Positions 1 to 10,270 of a stretch of 64,000 nt of DNA are shown in pieces. Source of the stretch: an uncultured Spirochaetota bacterium. Its GTDB lineage: Bacteria > Spirochaetota > Spirochaetia > SZUA-6 > Fen-1364. The notes below the pieces were generated by a model that was given only the letters and a program-made list of their open reading frames with translations, was not told the origin of the DNA and searched no databases. Position 1 is the stretch's first letter; each line of letters opens with the position of its first letter. The DNA lies in the NCBI GenBank assembly GCA_963734545.1, contig CAVTHO010000009.1, positions 224,001 to 288,000 of the forward strand. Direction: 5' to 3'. Position numbers and translations under genes: made by a program.

Positions 1-346
1 TGGCAGATTTCCAGAAGTATCCCTGGTCGTTCTGCGGATCAGCGGCGATGGCCTTGTCCGCGTAGCTCTCACCCTCTACAAACAGGGCAAGGATGTCCGC
101 CTGCGGCTTCTTGTCTTTTTCAGCGATATCGCCGAGCTCGAGCGTCTCACGCGCCGCCCTCCAGTACAGCTCGGCAAGCTCTTTCCCTCCCTGCGCATCG
201 GGAACCGAGTCGCGGAGGAGCCTCTGCGCCTCGCCGTACATCCCCTTGTCATGCAGCGCATCCGCCCGCGCGGCGGCCGGGGAGTCCTCCGCGTGCACGA
301 AGCCCAGGGGCAGGGACAGGAGCAGCAGGGTCAGAAAGCGTCGCAT
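1..346 (-). CDS. Secreted TPR-like helical protein (N-terminal part; runs off window start)
   Basis: Manual translation from ATG at 346: MRRFLTLLLLSLPLGFVHAEDSPAARADALHDKGMYGEAQRLL...YADKAIAADPQNDQGYFWKSA; signal peptide plus TPR-like pattern; not in ORF track because it is truncated. Confidence 0.7.
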   Translation of the reverse strand, partial: MRRFLTLLLLSLPLGFVHAEDSPAAARADALHDKGMYGEAQRLLRDSVPDAQGGKELAELYWRAARETLELGDIAEKDKKPQADILALFVEGESYADKAIAADPQNDQGYFWKSA

Positions 347-368
347 CCGGGACTCTCCTTCCAGGTCT

Positions 369-462
369 GCGCCGTCTCGGCGCACTGGGTTTGGCGCCGC
401 TCTCGGCGCACTGGGTTTGGCGCCGTACTCGGCGCCCTGGGTTTAGCGCCGTACTCGGCGCA
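369..462. repeat. Tandem array (~3.6 x 26 bp) of GC-rich palindromes, REP-like
   Basis: Unit GCGCCG(TACT)CGGCGC-ACTGGGTTTG repeated directly after the stop of the PEGA gene. Confidence 0.9.
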
Positions 463-469
463 ATTCTTC

Positions 470-1432
470 CTACGGGTTCTTGAGCATCCTGACCTTCATG
501 TCCATTGACAGCTCGAAGGAGTAGCTCGTCCCCGGCTGCATATCGATGTCGCCCACCTGAATGGAGAAAGCTCCTGAGGCAACCCGGATCCTGTGTCTGC
601 CCGGCGGGACCTCGAATCCTTCCATCTCGTTCCTCGAATTGACCTGCTGGTCATCCACGAAAATCCTGATCCGGCTTCGATCGCCCGGTCCCTGATCAGG
701 ATTCAGATACGCGGGCGGGATGATGACGCTGAAGGTCGGAGGAGAAAGCTGCCGTTGGAGCTGGACGTTCATGGACATCGGCTTGTTGAGACTGATGTTG
801 GCGACGAAGTCGGCGTACCCCGGCGCGGAAACGCGCAGCATGTAGGGACCCGGCGGCAGGTACTCGGTGTAGGGAGTTCCCCCCTTGGGCATATTGTTCA
901 GCATCACCGAGGCGTTCGGCACATTCGCGATCACCGTCAGCGGGAAACCGGCCATCCGCCTCAATTGAACATCCAGCGTCACGGGCCCGGCGACATTCAC
1001 CGTGGAGGAGTAGGGCCGGAAGCCTGCGGCAGACACCTGGATCATGTGAGGGCCGGGCGCCACGTTCGGTACCATCCCCGTGATGTCCGCGCCGTCGAGA
1101 AGAACGGTGGCATTCGGCACGTTGACCCGGACCATGAGGGCGAACCCCTGGGGCTCCAATTGCACGTTGAAAGTCTGGTGGCCTGTCACGACGACCGGGC
1201 CGATGAAATCGAAGTAGCCGTCGGCGTGCACCTTCACGTTATGGGGGCCTCCCGTGACTTTCGTGGTATTTCCGACTACCGGCATGTTGTCGACCCAGAT
1301 CGAAGCGTTGGGCGCATTCACCGCGATGGTGAGGTTCCAGATCTTTTTCGCCGTGAATCCCTGGCCGAAGACGGATGCGGCTACCACGACCAGGGCGATC
1401 GTCAACGTGAATATTCTCGCGGTTCTTCTCAT
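470..1432 (-). CDS. Secreted PEGA-domain repeat protein
   Basis: Signal peptide MRRTARIFTLTIALVVVAASVFG; repeated 'VNxPNAxVxxD...GPHxxxVxAxGY/F' PEGA units; AAGGAGG SD upstream of ATG 1432. Confidence 0.85.
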   Translation of the reverse strand: MRRTARIFTLTIALVVVAASVFGQGFTAKKIWNLTIAVNAPNASIWVDNMPVVGNTTKVTGGPHNVKVHADGYFDFIGPVVVTGHQTFNVQLEPQGFALMVRVNVPNATVLLDGADITGMVPNVAPGPHMIQVSAAGFRPYSSTVNVAGPVTLDVQLRRMAGFPLTVIANVPNASVMLNNMPKGGTPYTEYLPPGPYMLRVSAPGYADFVANISLNKPMSMNVQLQRQLSPPTFSVIIPPAYLNPDQGPGDRSRIRIFVDDQQVNSRNEMEGFEVPPGRHRIRVASGAFSIQVGDIDMQPGTSYSFELSMDMKVRMLKNP

Positions 1433-1609
1433 TCGCTTCCTCCTTGCGGACGCCGGAAAGTATACCCTTTCCGTGCTGATTATCAACGCCGAAACGCCTT
1501 CGCAGGGAGCGCGACCCTTGACAATGGCCGGAAAAATGGGCTTTCTGTACACGAAAATCGTTCACCGCCGGTCACGGTATCCCGTGACATTTGAAAGGAA
1601 TCCCGCGTA

Positions 1610-2209
1610 ATGCGATATTTGCGTCCGCTCGTTTTCTTCGTCACGCTCCTCTGCATCGCCTCGTGCGCGAAGCCTCCGCAGGCGGAAATCGACGCCGCGA
1701 AGGCAGCACTGGATGCCGCCGCGAAGAATGCGGATGTCGTGACGTACGCGCCGGATTCGCTGCGTGTCGCGCAGGATAAGATGGCGGCGCTGGACGCAGA
1801 GCTCTCTGCACAGGCAAAACGGACCGTGCTCTCCCGCAATTACGATCTCGCCAAGTCGCTCGCCCTGGAAGCAGCGGATGACGCACGCAAAGCGGCGGCG
1901 GACGCCGTCGCGACCAAGGAGCAGGTGGCCCGGGATGCGTCCTCCCTCGTTGAGGAGGTCACAACAGCCATTCCCCTGTTCGAGTCAAAGGTATGGGCAG
2001 CCAGGCGCGTGCCCAGGATCAAGATGGATTTCATCGCCCCGCTGGCCCTCCTTCCCGCGCAGGCGCGGGCCACCCTGGCGGACGCGCAGAAGGACATCAG
2101 CGGCGGGGCATTCGCCACGGCCAAGGCAAAGCTCATGGCCGTGAAAGATCAACTGTCCTCCTCGGAAGAAACGATCACCGAACAGACACGAATCGCCAAG
2201 AGCCGCTAG
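1610..2209 (+). CDS. Helical lipoprotein, DUF4398-like
   Basis: Lipobox IASC followed by AKPPQAEIDAAKAALDAA..YAP. Confidence 0.7.
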   Translation: MRYLRPLVFFVTLLCIASCAKPPQAEIDAAKAALDAAAKNADVVTYAPDSLRVAQDKMAALDAELSAQAKRTVLSRNYDLAKSLALEAADDARKAAADAVATKEQVARDASSLVEEVTTAIPLFESKVWAARRVPRIKMDFIAPLALLPAQARATLADAQKDISGGAFATAKAKLMAVKDQLSSSEETITEQTRIAKSR

Positions 2210-2210
2210 T

Positions 2211-2271
2211 GCGCCGCGGTACGCCGCGGATTCATTGCGCCGCGGTACGCCGCGGATTCATTGCGCCGCGG
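2211..2271. repeat. Tandem 26-bp palindromic repeat between convergent genes
   Basis: GCGCCGCGGTACGCCGCGGATTCATT x2 plus a partial third copy. Confidence 0.9.
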
Positions 2272-3367
2272 GACCAGCGGCGCGGAACCCAGCAAGAAAG
2301 CGCCGCATGCGTATGAGTCTCTCCGCGTAGAATGACCGCCAGACCGCAGGGAGCGCCACTGCGCCCTTCGCAAGGTCTTCCAGCCGGGCCACGACCATCT
2401 CCCCTCTCTCGTTCCTGTAGTTCGCGATGGGGACAGCCTCGACGCCGCTCACCGCGCAGCCCCCCGCACACCGCACCTGCACCGAGAGCATGTAGGCTTC
2501 TCCGGTCGCCGCCAGCTCATCCGCGGGCGCTTTCGGGTCGAGCCGCCAGGTCATGCCGGAGATGAAGTTTCCCATCGAATACATGATGAGCCTGTCGGCC
2601 CCGCGCGCGCGGACGATCTCGTATCCCTGGACCACGTGAGGATGATGGCTGAACACGATGCACGCGCCGGCTTCCACCAGCTTGTGGAAGAAGCGCTTTT
2701 TCAGTGCCGAGGGTCGCGGGGAATACTCACGGTCGCCATGGTAGGAAACTATGAGAAGGTCGAACTGCCGGCTGATCCGGCTCACGAAGCCGAGGAACTC
2801 CTGCGCCGCGGTCTCGTTGGCGTAGTCGACCACCTGCACATACCTGCCCTGGTCACGCTCGTTCAGAAACTGGGTGGCCGCGAGGAACCCGACCCTCAAT
2901 CCCCGCACGGTGAGGGCGTCCGGATAGAACGAGCCGTGCGGATTGCCCCGGATTCCGGAGAAGGCCATTGGCCGTCCCACGGACGCGCGCAGGGCGTGGA
3001 GGGAGCGCAGTGTCTGGAAGATGCCCTCCGGTCCGCCGTCGAACGCGTGGTTGTTGGCATCGGACAGGACGTCGATGCCCGCGTCCGCCGCTGCGCGCAG
3101 GTACGACGAGTTCCCATTGAAATAGGGATACCCGGATTCCGGACGGGTGGGGTCCACCGGCAGCTCGAGGTTGGCCACGGTGAGATCGTCGCCGAGAAAC
3201 GTCTGCTCCACGCCCCTGTAGATGTCGTGGTAATCCCTCATGCGGAAGTTCACGTCGTGCGCCATGATATCGCCGATGAAGGTGAGACGCAGGGTGCGCG
3301 GTGCCTGCGCGGCAGATGACGGCGGGAAAGCGAGGAGCAGGGCGAATAGAATGAGCGGCGCGCGCAT
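2258..3367 (-). CDS. CapA / PGA_cap family metallophosphatase-fold protein
   Basis: Motifs GDIM, ANLE, ANNHAFD, HGDREY, HHPHVVQ, YSMGNF; signal peptide from ATG 3367. Confidence 0.9.
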   Translation of the reverse strand: MRAPLILFALLLAFPPSSAAQAPRTLRLTFIGDIMAHDVNFRMRDYHDIYRGVEQTFLGDDLTVANLELPVDPTRPESGYPYFNGNSSYLRAAADAGIDVLSDANNHAFDGGPEGIFQTLRSLHALRASVGRPMAFSGIRGNPHGSFYPDALTVRGLRVGFLAATQFLNERDQGRYVQVVDYANETAAQEFLGFVSRISRQFDLLIVSYHGDREYSPRPSALKKRFFHKLVEAGACIVFSHHPHVVQGYEIVRARGADRLIMYSMGNFISGMTWRLDPKAPADELAATGEAYMLSVQVRCAGGCAVSGVEAVPIANYRNERGEMVVARLEDLAKGAVALPAVWRSFYAERLIRMRRFLAGFRAAGPAAQ

Positions 3368-3467
3368 CGTGCTCGTCCGCTCTTGAGTATCGCGGCAGGG
3401 CCGGCCCGGCGTCAACTCATTGAGGTCGATTTCCCCCGTCAGGGGGGCGCAGGCTGATCCAGGCCGT

Positions 3468-3914
3468 CTACAGCTGACGGAGGCCCAGGTAGACGAGAGC
3501 GGCGAATCCCGCCCCTGCCGCGATGCCGACAACTATCTCCGGCAGCGAGTGGCCCAACCGGGTGTTGATCTCACCCGCGTCCAGTCCCGGATGCTGCTCG
3601 ACCAGCTTCGTAAGCACGCGCGCCTGGTGCGCGACCGCCCCGCGCAGCCGCCAGGAATCATAGATGATGATAATGGAGAAGACGGCTGCCACCGCGAACA
3701 CTTCCGACTGGAAGCCGCTCCACAGCCCGACGGACACCGAGAGCGCCGTGACGAATGCCGAGTGCGCGCTGGGCATGCCCCCTGCCGAGAAGAAATAGGA
3801 AAGGGCGACGCGCTTCTCTGCAATCGAATAGAACACGACCTTGAAGAGCTGGCAGGCAACCTGCACGGCGAGGGCGCTCAGCAGGCTGACGCTGAGAGGA
3901 AGCATGGGCACCAT
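3468..3914 (-). CDS. Divergent PAP2 family (DUF212) membrane protein
   Basis: GGMPSAHSA, IYD, LGHS..EI..G motifs. Confidence 0.9.
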   Translation of the reverse strand: MVPMLPLSVSLLSALAVQVACQLFKVVFYSIAEKRVALSYFFSAGGMPSAHSAFVTALSVSVGLWSGFQSEVFAVAAVFSIIIIYDSWRLRGAVAHQARVLTKLVEQHPGLDAGEINTRLGHSLPEIVVGIAAGAGFAALVYLGLRQL

Positions 3915-3980
3915 GCGGCAAGTGTACGCCAAAAGCAGCCGCCTTGACAAACTCGTTGAAGCGCATCACTTTTCATTGTC

Positions 3981-4922
3981 ATGAGCCAGGCTGCACGCGG
4001 CACGCCCGCGGATTCATGGAGTGCCATCGTGGAACGGATTCTCGATTCCTACCGCGAGCTGGGGGGCATCAATCACCTCGAAGGACCGAACCTGCCCTCC
4101 CGGCAGAGCGTCGAGCGGATCGTGGAAGTGCTCGGATCCCTGGTTTTCCCCGGGTTCCGCGCGGAGGAGAATCTCGACCTGGCCGGGCTGCGCTACGCCA
4201 TCGGGGAGAAGGTGGTCACCGTCTCCCGCGCGCTCACGATCGAGGTGGAGAAAAGCCTTCGGTACACGTGCAGGATCATGAACGATTGCGAGCGCCACCA
4301 GGACTGCAGCGGAGAGGCGGAAGAGATCGTGCGGGACCTGCTGGAAGGCATCCCCGAAATCCGCCGCCGGTTGAACCGGGACGTGCAGGCGGCCGACCGC
4401 GGTGACCCCGCGGCGCGCTCACAGGAGGAGGTCATCCTCTCCTACCCCGGCGTGGAGGCCATTCTCGTGCATCGTATTGCCCACGAGCTCCATGAGAAGG
4501 GTGTGGGCATGATCCCGCGGATGATGAGCGAATACATCCACGGCAAGACGGGCATCGACATCCATCCCGGGGCCCGCATCGGTGATTCGTTCTTCATCGA
4601 CCACGGCACGGGGGTCGTCATCGGGGAGACCACGGTGATCGGCGACAATGTCAAGCTCTACCAGGGCGTCACCCTGGGAGCGTTGAGCGTGCAGAAGGAG
4701 CTCGCCAATCGAAAAAGGCATCCGACGATAGAGGACGAGGTCACGATCTACGCGGGGGCGACGATTCTCGGCGGGGACACGGTGATCGGCAAGGGCTCGA
4801 TCATCGGCGGCAACGTGTGGCTCACCGCGAGCGTTCCCCCCAACAGCAGGATCTATCACACTCCCAGCCAGATCCGGCACGCCCGCGCGGATGACCCGGA
4901 CGCGTGGGACGGAGGCTTGTGA
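3981..4922 (+). CDS. cysE: Serine O-acetyltransferase
   Basis: GDPAA..EVILSYPG, TGIDIHPGARIG, FFIDHGTGVVIGET, KRHPT. Confidence 0.95.
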   Translation: MSQAARGTPADSWSAIVERILDSYRELGGINHLEGPNLPSRQSVERIVEVLGSLVFPGFRAEENLDLAGLRYAIGEKVVTVSRALTIEVEKSLRYTCRIMNDCERHQDCSGEAEEIVRDLLEGIPEIRRRLNRDVQAADRGDPAARSQEEVILSYPGVEAILVHRIAHELHEKGVGMIPRMMSEYIHGKTGIDIHPGARIGDSFFIDHGTGVVIGETTVIGDNVKLYQGVTLGALSVQKELANRKRHPTIEDEVTIYAGATILGGDTVIGKGSIIGGNVWLTASVPPNSRIYHTPSQIRHARADDPDAWDGGL

Positions 4923-4969
4923 GCTCCCCGGCCGACCACAATCACGACGCTCCCGCCTCGGAACGCCAT

Positions 4970-6085
4970 ATGCGCATCGGCATCTGCTGCTATCCCACCG
5001 CGGGCGGCAGCGGCGTCGTGGCCACCGAGCTGGGCAAACACCTGGCCGAGCGCGGGCATTCCGTGGCGTTCATCAGCTACGCCAATCCTCTGCGCCTGGG
5101 CGAGCTGCCCCCGCGCGTGTGCTACCACGAGGTGGACCAGGAAGACCACGCGCTCCTGAAGCAGTTCCCGCACAGCCTGCAGCTCACCGCGAAGATGGTC
5201 GAAGTGGCGCGCACGCACAAGCTGCAGATCATGCACGTGCACTATGCCATCCCGTTTGCTGCCGCGGCCATCATGGCCCGGCAGATCGCACCCGAGCTGA
5301 GCCTGAAGGTAGTCACCACGCTCCACGGAACGGACATCACCCTGGTGGGCTCCAGCCCCTCATTCAAGCCGGTCACCACGTGGTCCATCGAACAGTCGGA
5401 CGCGGTCACTGCAGTCTCGCGCTACCTTCGGGACGAGACTTACCGCCAGCTCCCCATGCACAAGGAGGTCGAGGTCGTCCACAACTTCATCGATCCGGAC
5501 CGGCATGACGTGCGGGAGCCGCGGTGCATTCCCGAAAAGAAATCCGCGCGGCAGGTCACCCTCATGCATATCTCCAATTTCCGGCCCTTGAAGCGGGTGG
5601 GAGACGTCGTGCGCATATTTGCCAAGGTGAAGGCAGAAATGGACGCCCGGCTGGTACTGGTAGGGGACGGCCCGGAATACGCAAGGACCCGCGAGCTCGT
5701 GGAGAGCATGGGCCTGGCAGACGCGGTGCGCTACGTGGGCGTGGTGGACGATGTGGTGCCGATCCTGAAGGCCGCGGACGTTCTTCTGCTCCCCAGTGAG
5801 ACGGAAAGCTTCGGTCTCGTGGCCCTGGAAGCCATGGCCAGCGGCGTTCCCGTGGTGGCGAGCGACGTGGGGGGACTCCCCGAGGTTGTCGAGCACGGGG
5901 TCACCGGGTTTCTGGCGCCTGTCGGAGACGTCGACGCAATGGCAGGATTCTGCCTCCGGCTCCTTGCTGATTGCGCCGGCGCAAAGACCTATGCGCGGGC
6001 CGCCCGGAAGAGAGCCGTGGAAGAATTCGACTACAGGACCATCGTGCCTCAGTACGAACGGATCTACGAGCAGGTCCTGGGATAA
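4970..6085 (+). CDS. bshA: N-acetyl-alpha-D-glucosaminyl L-malate synthase (bacillithiol biosynthesis GT4)
   Basis: [62 protein letters not shown]. Confidence 0.92.
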   Translation: MRIGICCYPTAGGSGVVATELGKHLAERGHSVAFISYANPLRLGELPPRVCYHEVDQEDHALLKQFPHSLQLTAKMVEVARTHKLQIMHVHYAIPFAAAAIMARQIAPELSLKVVTTLHGTDITLVGSSPSFKPVTTWSIEQSDAVTAVSRYLRDETYRQLPMHKEVEVVHNFIDPDRHDVREPRCIPEKKSARQVTLMHISNFRPLKRVGDVVRIFAKVKAEMDARLVLVGDGPEYARTRELVESMGLADAVRYVGVVDDVVPILKAADVLLLPSETESFGLVALEAMASGVPVVASDVGGLPEVVEHGVTGFLAPVGDVDAMAGFCLRLLADCAGAKTYARAARKRAVEEFDYRTIVPQYERIYEQVLG

Positions 6086-6141
6086 CGAGCGGGCGCTGCT
6101 CGCTCAGGCGCGGGGGTTTGGCTCACCGCGGCACGTGCCGC

Positions 6142-6888
6142 TCAGTTCAGGCTCTTCGACGCGCCTACCATGGAGAGGTAGCTGGATTCCAGCCCCTGGA
6201 TCTGCTTCACGATTGAAAGGAACTTGTCTGCCTCGCCCTTGTTGCCATAGGGACCGATGCGCACCCGATAGTACGTCTCATTCCTGAGGGCATAGGAAAA
6301 GAGCCGGGCGGACAATCCCTTGCCCGAAAGAAGAGCGGCGAGCTCCTCCGCCTTGGTCTGGCTCTTGTACGAGCCGGTCTGGATCCAATAGTCCACGGTT
6401 CGACGCACCGTTCTCGCCTGAGTCTGCGGCTTGATCAGGCCGGGCTTGTGCACGGCTTTCGCAGCGGGCCGGGCGGCCTGTGCCGGCGGTGTGATCTGTC
6501 TGGGGAGCACCGGCTGCGCGACCGCCGGTTGCGGGGGTCTCTCGGGCGGGCTGGCTGCCGGCGGCGGGGTGGTGGCAGCAGGAGTCTCCGGACCGGCGGG
6601 CTTTTCTCCCCCCTCGCCGATATAGAAATGCATGGTCTGGGTGTTCTCCGGCGGAGTTCCACCGGCAGGCGCTTGCCCGGAAGCTCCCGCGCCCGGGCGG
6701 GGACCTGTTGTTTCTCTCTGGTACTCGTAGACCTGGGTCCCGAGGTCGGAAATGGGGCTGACGGTGCCGGGTGCGGAGGTGAGCCCGCTGTATGGTTTCT
6801 GCTTCAGCAGGAAAACGCCGACCACGAGCACGACGACCACGAAAACGCTCACCGAGAGCACGACCCAGAAGATCTTCTGTTTCTCCAT
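6142..6888 (-). CDS. Membrane-anchored SPOR-domain protein (FtsN-like)
   Basis: N-terminal TM, Pro-rich linker, C-terminal YWIQTGSY...YRVRIGPY. Confidence 0.9.
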   Translation of the reverse strand: MEKQKIFWVVLSVSVFVVVVLVVGVFLLKQKPYSGLTSAPGTVSPISDLGTQVYEYQRETTGPRPGAGASGQAPAGGTPPENTQTMHFYIGEGGEKPAGPETPAATTPPPAASPPERPPQPAVAQPVLPRQITPPAQAARPAAKAVHKPGLIKPQTQARTVRRTVDYWIQTGSYKSQTKAEELAALLSGKGLSARLFSYALRNETYYRVRIGPYGNKGEADKFLSIVKQIQGLESSYLSMVGASKSLN

Positions 6889-6895
6889 CTGATTC

Positions 6896-7474
6896 CTAAC
6901 CTCTCAGGCGCCGGTCCAGCCGCGCGATGCGGCGCTCCAATGCTCGCGCGCTGCCCCAGTTGGGCACACTATAAGTATCGACCGAGGAGCCATTAGATTG
7001 AGGCCGCACGTCCTCCTGGGAACGGATCCGCGCCCACGCATCCCGAAGGGAAAGGGAGTCCCGCCGCATGGCCCGCAGCAGGCGCAGGGGCGCAGGCGCA
7101 CGGACAAAGAACACCGCGTCGCAGATCAGATGAAGACCCGCCCGATGGAGGAGGGGTGCATTGACGACCACGTCGCCGGGGGCCGACGCAATGAGCTGCC
7201 TGATCCTTTCCAGGACGGGAGGGTGCACGATAGCCTCCAGGCGTCTCCGGGCGGCCGGATCGGCGAAGACGATCCGGCCGAGGGCCCGCCTGTCGACCCC
7301 GCCGTCCACGCTTCGCACGCCGGGACCGAACTGCGCGATGACATCGAGGGTTCGATCTACCAGCACATCGTGGGCAATGGCATCCGCATCTATGATGCGA
7401 TACCCCCGGGACGCAAGGGCACGGCCTGCCGTGTCCTTCCCGGCGCAATAGCGGCCCGTCAAACCAATGATCAT
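6896..7474 (-). CDS. coaE: Dephospho-CoA kinase
   Basis: IIGLTGRYCAGK, IDAD, DRRALGRIVF, LEAIVHP. Confidence 0.93.
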   Translation of the reverse strand: MIIGLTGRYCAGKDTAGRALASRGYRIIDADAIAHDVLVDRTLDVIAQFGPGVRSVDGGVDRRALGRIVFADPAARRRLEAIVHPPVLERIRQLIASAPGDVVVNAPLLHRAGLHLICDAVFFVRAPAPLRLLRAMRRDSLSLRDAWARIRSQEDVRPQSNGSSVDTYSVPNWGSARALERRIARLDRRLRG

Positions 7475-7486
7475 GACGTGCGCGGC

Positions 7487-10270
7487 CTAGTGGAAGGCAC
7501 CCCAGCTCTCCCCCGTCTCGCAGTGCACCTTCAGGGGGATATCGTGCCCGCTCGCGCTCTCCATGATTTCCCGCACGATGCGCGTGGCGCGCTCCACCTC
7601 CTCCTCCGGCGCTTCCAGAATGATCTCGTCATGCACCTGGAGGAGGATGCGGGAAGTGAGCTTCTCCTGCTTCAGCCGGTGATACAGCTTCACCATGGCA
7701 ATTTTCACGATATCCGCCGCGCTGCCCTGAATGGGCGAGTTCACCGCTGCCCTCTCCGCCGCGGTCTTCTCGGTCCTGTTCCTGCTGTTGATCGTGGAAA
7801 TCCTCCGGCGCCTGCCGAAGAGTGTATGCACATACCCCGTTTTCTCCGCCCCGCGGATCGTTTCCTTCAGAAAGGCGTCGACGCCCTGGTAGCGCTGGAA
7901 GTAGGTCTTGATGAATCGATCCGCGTCAGATCGCGGAATCTTCAGGCCCTGCGCGAGCCCGAAGGCGGACATCCCGTAGATCACGCCGAAATTGATCGTC
8001 TTGGCGGCCCTGCGCATGTCCGCCGTGACCTGGTCCTCAGTCACATTGAAAATAAGTGATGCCGTCTGCCGGTGAATGTCCTTGCCCTCCTTGAACGCCT
8101 CGATGAGGATGGGGTCCTTGGAAAGATAGGCCAGGATGGCGAGCTCGATCTGGGCATAGTCGGCGCTGATGAAGCGCATTCCGGGCGCGGGCACGAAGGC
8201 GGTCCTGATGCGCCTGCCTTCCTCCTCGCGGATCGGGATGTTCTGGAGGTTCGGATCCTTGCTGGCGAGCCGGCCCGTGGCAGCGCCCGTCTGTACGTAG
8301 TGGGTGTGCAGCCTGCCCGTCTGCTCGTTGACGAGAAGCGGCAGCGCATCCACGTACGTGGATTTCAGCTTGGTGAGCTTCCTGTGGGCGAGGATCTTTT
8401 CCGGCACCGGGTCCTGGGCGGCCAGTATCTCCAGCACGTCCACGTCCGTCGAAAAGCCGGTCTTCGTCTTCTTGACGGGTGTGAGCTTGCGCCAGTTGAA
8501 AAGGATCTCCTGGAGCTGGCGCGTGGAGTTGATGTTGAACTTCCTGCCGCACAGCGCGTAAATCTCCGCCTCGATCTGCCCGAGGCTCGCTTCCATCTCC
8601 CGGCTGTACGCGGCCAGCTCGGCGGAAAGAATGCGGATGCCGGCAAGCTCCATCTCGGCAAGGACCTCGAGGAGGGGCATCTCCACGTCGCGGAAAATCA
8701 CCGCGAGCCCCTCGCCTTCAAGATCCCTGGCGAGAAGGTGGTACATCCGCAGCGTGAGGTCCACGTCCTCTCCCGCGTAGTCGGTCACCTGCTGAATGGG
8801 CCGGTCCGCGAGCGTCTGGCCCTTGCCGACGAGCTCCGTGTACGGCCTGATGCGAAACCCCAGGCGCTGCTCGGCCATGCGGTCCAGCCCATATGCTCCC
8901 TCGTCGCTTTCCAGCATCCATGCGGCAATCATCGTGTCGAAGTGCACATGGGCCGGCTTCACTCCCCAACGGCGCATCACTTTGTAGTCGTACTTGACGT
9001 TCTGGCCGACGAGAAGAAGCTTCGGGTCTTCCAGGAGCTTCGCGAAACGCTGTCTGACCGCGTCTTCGGGAAGACACGTCACTCCGGTTGCCCGCAGGGG
9101 CACATAGCAGGCCCTGCCCTCTTCCGCTGACAGGGACAGCCCGAGCCGCGGGGCGCTCATCTCGTCGGAGCCGTCGGTCTGAACGTCGAAAGCATACAGC
9201 CCGGCCGCCCTCGCCCTGTCGAGCCAGGCGTCCAGCTCGTCGAGATCGGTGACCGTCGTATAAGTGCCCGGCGCGGTGCTCTTCAACACGATGGCCTGCG
9301 GGGCGGCGGCCGGAGGCTCTATCGGGGGGACGGTCTGCGGGGCGGCCGCCCGTGGCGAAGTCGGCGAGGCAGCCTCCACCGTGGTGGATGCCGGCCGCGC
9401 CTTTCCGCCCAGCTCGGATACGAGGGTCTTCATCCCTTCCCGCTCGAAGAGGGGAATCGCCGATTCGGTCCTGAGCCCGGAAATGCGCAGCTCTTCGATG
9501 GGGGGCATTCCCGGCACGTCGCGCTTCAAAGTGACCAGCTCACGGGAAAGGAGCGCGGAGTCCCTGCCCGCCTCCAGCTTGCCGCGCACGGAAACAGGGG
9601 CGACCTCATCCAGCTTCGCGTAGAGGGTGTCCAGGTCGCCGAACTGGGCAAGAAGCTTCTGCGCCGTCTTCTCCCCTATTCCGGCCACCCCGGGGACGTT
9701 GTCGGAGGAATCGCCGGTCAGCGCGAGAAAATCGACGATCTGCTCCGGGTACACTCCCCTGGCCTCGAAAACCTTTTCGCGGGAGTATTCCTCCAGATCC
9801 GTTGTCCCGCGCTCCTGCGCAAGCAGGCGCACGTTTCCCCCTATGAGCTGCAGAATGTCCTTGTCCCCGGAAAGGATCCAGCAGGGACGCCTCGTTGCCC
9901 GGCATGCCTCCGCGAGGGTCGCCATGACGTCATCCGCCTCATAGCGGTCCGCGCGGATGCAGGGAACCCCCAGGGCGGCGAGGATCTCCTCGATGATCGG
10001 CACCTGGGCATGCAGATCGACGGGCGCCTTCTCCCGTGTGGCTTTGTACTCCGCGTAGCGCTCGTGGCGGAAAGTGGGGACCCGTGAGTCCATGGCAACG
10101 GCGATGTACCCGGGGGACCGGTCCCGCATGAGCTGGAAGAGCGTGCGGAAAAAGACAAATACCGACGAGCTGTTCCTCCCCTGGGGATTGAGCAGGGGCT
10201 TTTTCAGAAACGCGAAGTATCCCCGGTAGATGACGCTGTAGCCATCGATGAGGTACAGCTCGTGGCTCAT
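7487..10270 (-). CDS. polA: DNA polymerase I
   Basis: 5'-3' exo (YEADD, GDSSDNVPGV), motif A ADYAQIEL, motif B AKTINFGVIYG, motif C LQVHDE. Confidence 0.98.
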   Translation of the reverse strand: MSHELYLIDGYSVIYRGYFAFLKKPLLNPQGRNSSSVFVFFRTLFQLMRDRSPGYIAVAMDSRVPTFRHERYAEYKATREKAPVDLHAQVPIIEEILAALGVPCIRADRYEADDVMATLAEACRATRRPCWILSGDKDILQLIGGNVRLLAQERGTTDLEEYSREKVFEARGVYPEQIVDFLALTGDSSDNVPGVAGIGEKTAQKLLAQFGDLDTLYAKLDEVAPVSVRGKLEAGRDSALLSRELVTLKRDVPGMPPIEELRISGLRTESAIPLFEREGMKTLVSELGGKARPASTTVEAASPTSPRAAAPQTVPPIEPPAAAPQAIVLKSTAPGTYTTVTDLDELDAWLDRARAAGLYAFDVQTDGSDEMSAPRLGLSLSAEEGRACYVPLRATGVTCLPEDAVRQRFAKLLEDPKLLLVGQNVKYDYKVMRRWGVKPAHVHFDTMIAAWMLESDEGAYGLDRMAEQRLGFRIRPYTELVGKGQTLADRPIQQVTDYAGEDVDLTLRMYHLLARDLEGEGLAVIFRDVEMPLLEVLAEMELAGIRILSAELAAYSREMEASLGQIEAEIYALCGRKFNINSTRQLQEILFNWRKLTPVKKTKTGFSTDVDVLEILAAQDPVPEKILAHRKLTKLKSTYVDALPLLVNEQTGRLHTHYVQTGAATGRLASKDPNLQNIPIREEEGRRIRTAFVPAPGMRFISADYAQIELAILAYLSKDPILIEAFKEGKDIHRQTASLIFNVTEDQVTADMRRAAKTINFGVIYGMSAFGLAQGLKIPRSDADRFIKTYFQRYQGVDAFLKETIRGAEKTGYVHTLFGRRRRISTINSRNRTEKTAAERAAVNSPIQGSAADIVKIAMVKLYHRLKQEKLTSRILLQVHDEIILEAPEEEVERATRIVREIMESASGHDIPLKVHCETGESWGAFH

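Noticed and set aside
369-462. Possible mini CRISPR array
   Set aside because: Intervening segments are ~10 bp and near-identical rather than unique spacers; no cas genes
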